DNA of 63,448 nucleotides, filler included, from Octopus bimaculoides (taxonomy: Eukaryota): assembly GCF_001194135.2 (NCBI RefSeq). It is 4 parts of 4 records of this genome, joined end to end, with 100 filler letters (N's around TTAATTAATTAA, not from the genome) between each part and the next. Parts side by side here need not be neighbours in the genome. Positions count along the whole stretch, not along the records: positions 1 to 18,197 come from NC_069010.1; positions 18,298 to 26,375 come from NC_068984.1; 2 more parts are not named here. One strand, written 5' to 3'. The position numbers and the translations under genes were made by a program. The notes under the pieces are model-generated. The model had not been told where the DNA came from and did not search any database. It worked only from the letters and a program-made list of their open reading frames with translations. Shown here in pieces: positions 12,332 through 21,336 of the stretch (position 1 is the stretch's first letter; each line of letters opens with the position of its first letter).

Positions 12332-13531
12332 AATTTAAGTCCGGATAGAATTAACCAAACAGATTCACATGGTCAAACTTTCCGATAACTTCTTGTTAGC
12401 AGGGTAACATCGAAATATCAAAATTATTTATAGAAGCTGATATTGATTTGAATATGAGAGACACGTCTATGGTTATACAGCTTTACATATACTGTGATTG
12501 GGTAAGAGTAGAATTAAATAAGTGAAAACTGAAGTGTTGTTCCAGAAACCATCGTATGCCAAATACAAAACACTACAAATCAGCAAACTTTCCGATAACT
12601 TCTTGTTAGCAGGGTAACATCGAAATATCAAAATTATTTATAGAAGCTGGGGCTGATTTAAATATGAGAGACACATCTATGGTTATACAGCTTTACACAT
12701 GCTGTGATTGAGCAAGATTAGAATTAAATAAAATCTTCAGATCTGTTTGGTTTCCAAATTTCTTCCAATTCTAGACTGGTGAAATNNNNNNNNNNGGCTG
12801 GCTGCTGTAAAGATCATAGGTAAAAAAGCACCCACACACTCTTGGAATAGCTGGCATTAGGAAGGGCATCCAGCTGTAGAAACATTGCCGGGTGCAGCAC
12901 ACTGGCTTGCCAGACCTCGGTCATATGTCCGATGAATGTGTGCATGAAAAGCGGACGTGAAATGATGATGATGAATGACTCCTTGATTTTGCAAAGATGG
13001 TGGAGGAGCCCATTAAGGACCTGCTGTTGACAGAGGACTGCAAATTCCTAGCACACACAGTGGCGGCCCTCCAGACAGTAGTGTCTAGCGTCTTCTGTGG
13101 CCTTATCATCAGTCTGAAAGAAACTTAAGTGTTGTTCCAGAAAACATTGTAAATTTAAGTCCGGATAGAATTAACCAAACAGATTCACATAGTCAAACTT
13201 TCCGATAACTTCTTGTTAGCAGGGTAACATCGAAATATCAAAATTATTTATAGAAGCTGATACTGATTTGAATATGAGAGACACAACTATGGTTAGACAG
13301 CTTTACATATGCTGTGATTGGGTAAGAGTAGAATTAAATAAGTGAAAACTGAAGTGTTGTTCCAGAAACCATCGTATGCCAAATACAAAACACTACAAAT
13401 CAGCAAACTTTCCGATAACTTCTTGTTAGCAGGGTAACATCGAAATATCAAAATTATTTATAGAAGCTGGGGCTGATTTAAATATGAGAGACACATCTAT
13501 GGTTATACAGCTTTACATATACTGTGATTGG
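12332..13531 (+). pseudogene. Four ankyrin module copies or fragments (12332-12501, 12584-12711, 13153-13321, 13404-13531)
   Basis: NLSPDRINQTDSHGQTF(fs)ITSC*QGNIEISKLFIEA(G/D)xDLNMRDT(fs)YGYTALH(fs)xVIG|gtaag, interleaved with RTE fragments. Confidence 0.8.
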
Positions 13532-14010
13532 GTAAGAGTAGAATTAAATAAGTGAAAACTGAAGTGTTGTTCCAGAAACCATTGTATGCCAAATACAAAA
13601 CACTACAAATCAGCAACGAAGGAATCTTCTTTAATGCAGTCAAACATGTCATCTACCTGGGGTGTGTCAAGGGATGCTGACAGCTGCGTTGTCAAAATCC
13701 ACACCTTTGGACGTCTCCAGAAGTGTATACGGTAGAGTCATGCACTGCAACTGCACACTAGAATCACTGTCTGCAAGATGGTTCATCATCACTTCTCTAT
13801 GTGTTTGAAGTTCGAAGCGGTGTACAGGAAACAGGTCAGCTGCCTCTACTTCATCATGGACATCTCATGGAAGGAATCCATCATCAACAATGAAGTCCTC
13901 AAGCAGGCTAATGTCTGAACATTGAAGCCTTCCTGCCCTTCGGACAGCTCAAGAGAGCAGGCCATGTCAGAAGCATGCACAAACCTAGGTTGCCAAGGGC
14001 GGCATTCTAC
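13000..14010 (+). mobile_element. RTE-clade LINE reverse transcriptase remnants (interrupted by duplicated ankyrin blocks)
   Basis: EEPIKDLLLTEDCKFLAHTVAALQ..FCGLIISLKET*VLFQK (decayed LLFADDC..FGLxISxKKT motif); later IYLG..FGRLQK..DISWKESIINNEVLKQAN..IEAFL..QLKRAGHVRSMHKPRLPR. Confidence 0.8.
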
Positions 14011-14194
14011 AGATGGTATAAAATACAAATGATGTGGCATGAAGAAGCAGAGTGTTTAAACAGTCTCTTTCTTTGTTGGGTTCCCTAGTGCAAAAAGGTG
14101 TGTTTTGGGAAATACTCCTTCCTGACTAGAAGTTTGGGTAAATTGCATAAAAAAAAAAAAAAGAAAATGAGGAAAAAAAAGAAACAATGTTTAA

Positions 14195-14348
14195 GTGCAG
14201 ATAAAATCATCCAAAGAAATTCACAGGTTTAAACTTACCTGATGACTCCTCGTTAGCAGGGTAACGCAGGTATAACAAACATGTTGATAAGAGTTGGAGT
14301 TGACTTGAACGAGTGATACAATTGGTGATGCAGCGTTACGTCATTGGG
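14195..14348 (+). pseudogene. Ankyrin module copy just upstream of the gap before the viral element
   Basis: CLSADKIIQRNSQV*TYLMTPR*QGNAGITNMLIRVGVDLN..DTIGDAALRH. Confidence 0.7.
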
Positions 14349-15322
14349 CAAAATCCACCCCTCTTTTAGACGTCTCCAGAAGTNNNNNNNNNNNNNNNNN
14401 NNNNNNNNNNNNNNNNNNNNNNNNNNNNNNNNNNNNNNNNNNNNNNNNNNNNNNNNNNNNNNNNNNNNNNNNNNNNNNNNNNNNNNNNNNNNNNNNNNNN
14501 NNNNNNNNNNNNNNNNNNNNNNNNNNNNNNNNNNNNNNNNNNNNNNNNNNNNNNNNNNNNNNNNNNNNNNNNNNNNNNNNNNNNNNNNNNNNNNNNNNNN
14601 NNNNNNNNNNNNNNNNNNNNNNNNNNNNNNNNNNNNNNNNNNNNNNNNNNNNNNNNNNNNNNNNNNNNNNNNNNNNNNNNNNNNNNNNNNNNNNNNNNNN
14701 NNNNNNNNNNNNNNNNNNNNNNNNNNNNNNNNNNNNNNNNNNNNNNNNNNNNNNNNNNNNNNNNNNNNNNNNNNNNNNNNNNNNNNNNNNNNNNNNNNNN
14801 NNNNNNNNNNNNNNNNNNNNNNNNNNNNNNNNNNNNNNNNNNNNNNNNNNNNNNNNNNNNNNNNNNNNNNNNNNNNNNNNNNNNNNNNNNNNNNNNNNNN
14901 NNNNNNNNNNNNNNNNNNNNNNNNNNNNNNNNNNNNNNNNNNNNNNNNNNNNNNNNNNNNNNNNNNNNNNNNNNNNNNNNNNNNNNNNNNNNNNNNNNNN
15001 NNNNNNNNNNNNNNNNNNNNNNNNNNNNNNNNNNNNNNNNNNNNNNNNNNNNNNNNNNNNNNNNNNNNNNNNNNNNNNNNNNNNNNNNNNNNNNNNNNNN
15101 NNNNNNNNNNNNNNNNNNNNNNNNNNNNNNNNNNNNNNNNNNNNNNNNNNNNNNNNNNNNNNNNNNNNNNNNNNNNNNNNNNNNNNNNNNNNNNNNNNNN
15201 NNNNNNNNNNNNNNNNNNNNNNNNNNNNNNNNNNNNNNNNNNNNNNNNNNNNNNNNNNNNNNNNNNNNNNNNNNNNNNNNNNNNNNNNNNNNNNNNNNNN
15301 NNNNNNNNNNNNNNNNNNNNNN

Positions 15323-15471
15323 GTTAGGAAGGGCATCCAGCTGTAGAAACTCTGCCAAATCAGATTGGAGCCTTGTGTAGCCATCCGGTTGCACCAGTCC
15401 TCATTCAAATCGTCCAACCCATGCTAGCATGGAAAGCGGACGTTAAAAGACGATGATGATGATGATGATGA
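15323..15471 (+). mobile_element. 3' tail of a (GAT)n-ended retroposon (family D; copies 8845-9075, 11040-11175, 12795-12975, 17580-17760, 20220-20338 +, 20780-21060 -)
   Basis: AGGAAGGGCATCCAGCTGTAGAAAC...CATGCTAGCATGGAAAGCGGACGTTAAA(GAT)n; directly abuts the viral NS1. Confidence 0.8.
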
Positions 15472-16850
15472 TCGTAACTAGACTTTGCAATAACACTGAC
15501 GGATCAAAGAAAAATGATTATCAAATGAATTCAAATAAAAAGATTTTAGAATTTATCTTTATCAATCAAGCTGCGGTTATATTCCATCCAAAAGAAACAG
15601 AATCTTGCAGTAAGAAGGAATGGAATACCTTCAATCACTTCCATATAATATGGAACGGCGACACCAGGCCAGGGGAAAACCAACGTCTGAAATATATTCG
15701 CAGTCTATATAAGAAGGCCACAAATTTAGATAGATACATTCCTGAATGTCAAAGAGTTAAATTTCCAAGCAGCATGGCGAATTACTTTTGTCAGAAACCA
15801 CGAACATTACTTGTAGCCGGAGAAAACAACATCAATAAAACATTTAGCGAATGGTGCAATGAAGAATAAATCAGTAAACCAATAACAACAAAGATTGAAA
15901 AAACATCAACTAAAAACATTAAAAACGATGAAGAACCAACTTTTAAAACAAGATCCGGAACAACAATGTCTCTCTTCAATTACTCAACATACATTTACAC
16001 CAGTAAGCGTTTCCGTAACGAACAAGAAATGAAATCACATTGGTTAAACAGAAGTAACAATGATAACTTCATGCGAGCAATCAGCCATCCTATGTACGAC
16101 ACCATCATAAAAAAAGTCCTAGAGTGCGTTAAAATCAAATTATTAAATACACCATTCCGTCAAAAATTCGAGGACATGAATTGGTCGCTTTACGAAAATG
16201 ACACTCGATAATATCTCGTTAAAGACACATTATTGAAGGTTTTCAAATCAATATTAATGACACAAAATATAAACGAACACACTTTCGTTAACAATGTCTG
16301 GTACCTATTAAATAAAAAGCATCCTAAATGTAATCTGCTGGTTTTAAGAGGATTACCTAATACAGGTAAATCCATGATAGCAAGAAGCATTGCTGAAATG
16401 TTTACACACGTTAGCACCATACAGGGTACAAGCAGCTTCCCATTCCAGAATTTAATTAATGTTGAAATAGGATTAATAGAAGAACCTAATTTCACATTGG
16501 AGACACTGCAAACATTTAAAAAGTTAGCCGAAGGAACTGATATCAAAGTTTCCGTCAAATTTAAACCTGACCAAATAGTTCATAGAACACCATTGATCAT
16601 TACTTCAAACAATAAATTCGATAACAATGCACCATTACATGAAAGAGTAGCATTCATAACAAGATACACAGAATTTCTATTTCAAACATCTTCTCCATTC
16701 TTACAATACGTTAAGAAAAAAATTAATCCAGTGATTTGGAACGTACTTTTTTACGAACATTGTTTCTCTGCTCTATTATGTGACGATGGCTCTTCTTCAG
16801 ATGAAAATCTGTTAAATATTCTAGATGAATACGAGTACTTTCAGCATTAC
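15472..16850 (+). pseudogene. NS1: Endogenous parvoviral element: 5'-truncated NS1/Rep (HUH endonuclease + SF3 helicase) with two in-frame stops
   Basis: ORFs 15453-15869, 15966-16211 and 16233-16997 share one frame, separated only by TAA at 15867-15869 and 16209-16211, with no frameshift. Motifs: NHFHIIW (HUH, HFH at 15636-15644), YFCQK (Tyr at 15783), KCNLLVLRGLPNTGKS (Walker A 16350-16373), IGLIEEP (Walker B 16467-16487), FKKLAEG..VSVKFK (B'), PLIITSN (motif C 16590-16610), AFITR (putative Arg finger). The EEP/KxLxEG/P-hydrophobic-x-S/T-N pattern recalls invertebrate densovirus/hamaparvovirus NS1. Confidence 0.93.
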
Positions 16851-16997
16851 TCAGCATTGAAACCTTCCTGCTCTTCAGACAGCTCAGGAGGGCAGGCCAT
16901 GTCAGAAGCATGCACAAACCTAGATCGCCAAGGGCTGTATTCCACAGTAAGCTCAGCTAAGGACCCTCCCGCCAGAAGAATATCAGAGCCCAGCTAA
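16257..16997 (+). CDS. Residual ATG-initiated ORF (246 aa): whole SF3 helicase domain fused to a ~48-aa tail read from an RTE remnant in a non-native frame
   Basis: First ATG after the second stop is at 16257 and the frame is open to TAA at 16995-16997. Sequence after ~16851 matches local LINE remnant copies at 7461 and 13915. Expression is unknown. Confidence 0.3.
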   Translation: MTQNINEHTFVNNVWYLLNKKHPKCNLLVLRGLPNTGKSMIARSIAEMFTHVSTIQGTSSFPFQNLINVEIGLIEEPNFTLETLQTFKKLAEGTDIKVSVKFKPDQIVHRTPLIITSNNKFDNNAPLHERVAFITRYTEFLFQTSSPFLQYVKKKINPVIWNVLFYEHCFSALLCDDGSSSDENLLNILDEYEYFQHYSALKPSCSSDSSGGQAMSEACTNLDRQGLYSTVSSAKDPPARRISEPS

Positions 16998-17015
16998 AAT
17001 GCCAGCTTACCCACG
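16851..17015 (+). mobile_element. RTE-clade LINE remnant joined to the 3' end of the viral NS1
   Basis: Aligns to 7461-7630 and 13915-14010. Confidence 0.8.
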
Positions 17016-17074
17016 CTGACTAATCCTTTCTGACCAGAAGCTTGAATAGATTGCATGAAAAGAATGAAAAAACA

Positions 17075-17452
17075 AATTTAAGTCCTGATAGAATTAACCA
17101 AACAGATTCACATGGTCAAACTTTCCGATAACTTCTTGTTAGCAGGGTAACATCGAAATATGAAATTATTGTTAGAAGCTGGCGCTGATTTAAAAATGAG
17201 AGACACGTCTATGGTTATACAGCTTTACATATGCTGTGATTGGGTAAGAGTAGAATTAAATAAGTGAAAACTGAAGTGTTGTTCCAGAAACCATCGTATG
17301 CCAAATACAAAACACTACAAATCAGCAAACTTTCCGATAACTTCTTGTTAGCAGGGTAACATCGAAATATCAAAATTATTTATAGAAGCTGGGGCTGATT
17401 TAAATATGAGAGACACGTCTATGGTTAGACAGCTTTACACATGCTGTGATTG
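17075..17452 (+). pseudogene. Two ankyrin module copies (17075-17243; 17325-17452)
   Basis: Roughly 97% identical by eye to 12332-12711. Confidence 0.8.
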
Positions 17453-18933
17453 AGCAAGATTAGAATTAAATAAAATCTTCAGATCTGTTTGGTTTCCAAA
17501 TTTCTTCCAATTCTAGACTGGTGAAATATCCAACGGTGTAGCTCACAAAAAGAACCACCCAAAGGTGATCAATACTAGTGCCCCCCACCCCCGGCTGGCT
17601 GCTGTAAGGGTCACAGGTAAAAAGAACACAATACACTCTAGGGAGTCGTTGGCGTTAAGAAGGGCACCCAGCTGTAGAAACATTGCCGGATCAGATTGGA
17701 GCCTGGTGCAGCACACTGGCTTGCCAGACCTCAGTCAAATGTCCAACCCATGCCAGCATGAGACAATGATCACTGATGACAAAGGCGAGGGAGAGACCAG
17801 TCCTGTGACACTTTACAGGGCCCCACCGGCTGGCTGCTGTAAAGGTCACACGTAAAAAGCACCCACCACACTCTTGACGTCACTGGTGTTAAGGGCATCC
17901 AGCAGTAGAATGGGTTGCATCTGTCCAGATCAGAGACCAAGAGAGTGTGTAGCTCTTGAATGCATGGTGCACGACACAAGAAGAGAAAAGAAAGGGTGAC
18001 TGCAATCACTACATGGAAAATACATATCGGTGGATGGAATGCCATGTCACATATTTGATGTCTGGAGGGTGGTTAGTTCCACTGATGACAAAGGGGAGAG
18101 AAGGACCGGTCCTCTGATCCCGCAAAGATAACAAAAGGAACATTGGCCATCAAAGTAGTTGGACAATTTCAAAACAGAATAGAGGAGCTGTGATCTTNNN
18201 NNNNNNNNNNNNNNNNNNNNNNNNNNNNNNNNNNNNNNNNNTTAATTAATTAANNNNNNNNNNNNNNNNNNNNNNNNNNNNNNNNNNNNNNNNNNNNTAT
18301 ATCTTTATATACATATATATAAATATATATATATAGGAGAGTGTACGAAAAAAATAACAACAGAGGAGGACAGGTGGTGTAAACAACAAAAGGATGTATT
18401 AGTTTGACGCTCAGGAATACAGAAAGTCTTTAACGTTTCGAGCTACGCTCTTCAACATAAAGAATACGGAGAAAACAAGGAGAAAAACACGGAGAAAAAA
18501 AATTGAATGGTGTTTGGTCAACGATCTACATATGGGATTAAGTAACATCACCACCACCACCACCACCACCACCACCACCATCACCATTATCATCAGCAGC
18601 ATCATCAATGTCTTAATGTTTATGTTATCATATTGGCATGAGCTGTATCAATTCCCTATATATCACGTCTCATTCTTTCATAATTTCAATCATCAAACAT
18701 TGTTACTCTTCAGTCTCCACAAATATTCTGTGTTCTACACCTATGTCTTCTGGCCATGCAGTATCAAAGTTCTTACATATGTTTCATATAGGCTACTTTT
18801 TTTTTTCTTTCCTACAAAAGTGAGAAACCTTTTCAACCATAGGAATTTGAAATTCCTGCTTGTAAATTAATGCAGATTATGAGGTTCTGGATCATCAGTG
18901 TCCAGAAAATCAGTGTTGTATATGTATTGACAA

Positions 18934-19210
18934 GTGGAGGCGCAATGGCCCAGTTGTTACGACAGCAGACTCGCGGTCATAGGATCATGGTTTCGATTCC
19001 CAGACTGGGCGTTGTGAGTGTTTATTGAGTGAAAACACCTAAAGCTCCACAAGGCTCCGGCAGGGGATGGTGGCGAACCCTGCTGTACTCTTTCACCACA
19101 ACTTTCTCTCACTCTTACTTCCTGTTTCTGTTGTGCCTGTAATTCAAAGGGCCAGCCTTGTCACACTGTGTCACGCTGAATACTCCCGAGAACTACGTTA
19201 AGGGTACACA
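18934..19210 (+). mobile_element. tRNA-headed SINE family A (other copies 914-1055 +, 2102-2356 +, 4512-4871 -)
   Basis: GGAGGCGCAATGGCCCAGT..GGTTTCGATTCC A/B-box-like head; four homologous copies in the window. Confidence 0.8.
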
Positions 19211-20364
19211 TCAGCCATCAAAGGTTCTTCCCGGGTCACTGGCTCCATAAAGCCAGTTTCCAAGATTCTGTGGCATGTTCATTTCCCCACCCCTTAGATG
19301 GGATGCTGGTTCATTGCAGGATTACTCATTGCTGCCAACTGAATGGACTGAGTAATGTGGAATGAGATGCAAGAAACCTTTACAGGAATCAAACCCACAA
19401 TCTTATGATCGTGAATGCAACACCCTAACTACCAAGATAAATGCGTCCACACACCAGATCTGGGCAACCTTTCTTTTGAGAAACAAGCTGCATGAGACAT
19501 GGCTCATCATCAGATGGAGGGTGCACTACTAAAAAAACTCAAGGTAAATTTTCATTAGGCATGCCATTTGGGAATTCCCGTTGGCTGCAGTTTGCCCATG
19601 ACTGTAGTACTCAGTAGGATTAAACCCAGGGCTTTGTGACTATGAAGCAAACTTCTTAATCATTCAACCACAGGCTAAACAACAACAATCATTTTCTTGA
19701 AATTTCCATCAGGGAAAGCAAAACATCTACTTAGAACAAGCCTGGCAAGCTTTAAAAGCAGTGAGGGTCAAATTTGATATGGGAAAATGTCATGGCCCAC
19801 AGCAAATTTTCAAATACAACACATGAATAAATTAAATATTTCCTGTCTTCAATTATAAATGATGTATAAGTGTCAGTGGTGGAGATTTCATGTATTAATT
19901 TTCAATTCTGCACACATATGTATAAAATATCTACTGCCTTTCCTCATTATGTTTGATGGGCTATTTGTTAGTTTTTTATACAAATAAATATTGATTTCTC
20001 ACTTTGATACATGACTGTTTTTTATAGATTAAAGTAATATTATGTGACATTCATGCTTTACTGAAAAATATTAGCAGTATAAGTACAGTGAACACTGTCT
20101 TCAGCAGGGAATAAACAGCAATTTGCAGCCTCAAGCCTATGGACTTATATATATATATATATATATATACACATACATATATATATCATATATATAAATA
20201 TACATATATTATATATAAAAACTCTGCCAAATCAGATTGGAGCCTGGTGTAGCCATCTGGTTTCACCAGTCCTCAGTCAAATCGTCCAACCCATGCTAGC
20301 ATGGAAAGCGAACGTTAAACGATGATGATGATGACGATGTATATATATATATATATATATATAT

Positions 20365-20752
20365 CAGGGACGTGCTGCCTAGGTAGGCAAGGCAGGCAGT
20401 GCCTACCTTGCATAAAATAGATTGATAGCAACATTTTCTTTTTATGGCAAAATATGCACCTAATTCAATAAAATTATGAAGGTTACTCTGATTACTAAGC
20501 ATAAAATACAAAATATTTTATTTTTTTGTAGATTACGTAGGCATAATTCACCCCTGCCTTTCAATCTCAGTATTTAAGCTATGCATAGTACTGCTGTTGT
20601 GCACATGCTGCATACACTCCTGCACTTTCTGTACATGCTGTAAAGGCAGAAGTAAATCTTCTTTCAACTCAGTTGATTAGCTTATTTTTTGTGTTTTACT
20701 ACATACAGGTCACCAACTGCCTACCCTGAGTAATTACTGCAGCATGTCGCTG
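20365..20752. mobile_element. hAT-like MITE
   Basis: 14-bp TIRs CAGGGACGTGCTGC / GCAGCATGTCGCTG (2 mismatches), inserted in a TA run, with subterminal TAGGCA/TGCCTA motifs. Confidence 0.65.
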
Positions 20753-21164
20753 ATATATACATATACATATATATATATATCATCATCATCATCATCATCA
20801 TTGTCATTTAACATCCGCTTTCCATGCTAGCATGGGTTGGACGATTTGACTGAGGACTAGTGAAACCAGATGGCTACACCAGGCTCCAATCTGATTTGGC
20901 AGAGTTTCTACAGCTGGATGCCCTTCCTAACGCCAACCACTCAGAGAGTGTAGTGGGTGCTTTTACGTGCCACCGGCACGAAGGCCAGTCAGGCGGTACT
21001 GGCAACGGCCACGCTCAAAATGGTGTATTTTACGTGCCACCTGCACAGGTGGACAGTTCGGCGGCACTGGCAACAATCTCACTCGAATGTCTTTACACGT
21101 GACATCCGGCACAAGTGCCAGGAAGGCGATGCTGGGCTAATAGGTCTTCGCAAGTCGAGTTTCA

Positions 21165-21275
21165 TGTTGCATACCTTGTTGTCAGCTGGGCATGCTATAT
21201 CTATGATCCAGCATAGTTTGTTTTCTTTCTCAATTAAGACTATGTCCGGCTTCCTATCCTCTATCTCAGACTATG
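21165..21275 (-). mobile_element. R4-type RLE endonuclease fragment
   Basis: The minus strand reads EIEDRKPDIVLIEKENKLCWIIDIACPADNKVC. Confidence 0.75.
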
Positions 21276-21280
21276 TACAG

Positions 21281-21336
<56 letters not shown>

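Larger units (their letters stand above)
5950..18200 (+). repeat. Complex tandem-duplication mosaic: ankyrin module + RTE-LINE remnant + SINE tail + unidentified ~600-nt block
   Basis: Duplicated blocks seen directly: 6341-6510 vs 7765-7922; 6845-7300 vs 8140-8590; 9330-9670 vs 11230-11580; 12300-12785 vs 13150-13610 vs 17046-17526; 11700-12110 vs 17900-18130. Confidence 0.9.

Noticed and set aside
15453-15471. Poly-Met start of ORF 15453-15869 as the NS1 initiator
   Set aside because: It is the (GAT)n tail of a retroposon, preceded by an in-frame TAA at 15444; the real viral start is missing.
6003-17105. CAG before each ankyrin module as a splice acceptor, implying a Dscam-like mutually exclusive exon cassette
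   Set aside because: The upstream context is purine-rich, and in-frame homology (LSPDRINQTD) continues 5' of the CAG, so it is coding sequence. Nearly all copies also carry stops or frameshifts.
5950-18200. CRISPR-like repeat/spacer array containing viral DNA
   Set aside because: The context is eukaryotic, the units are long, variable and coding-derived, and there are no constant short repeats or cas genes.
18242-18253. TTAATTAATTAA islands inside N runs (also ~26420 and ~56897)
   Set aside because: An identical 12-mer centred in fixed-length N runs is a scaffolding filler, not biology.
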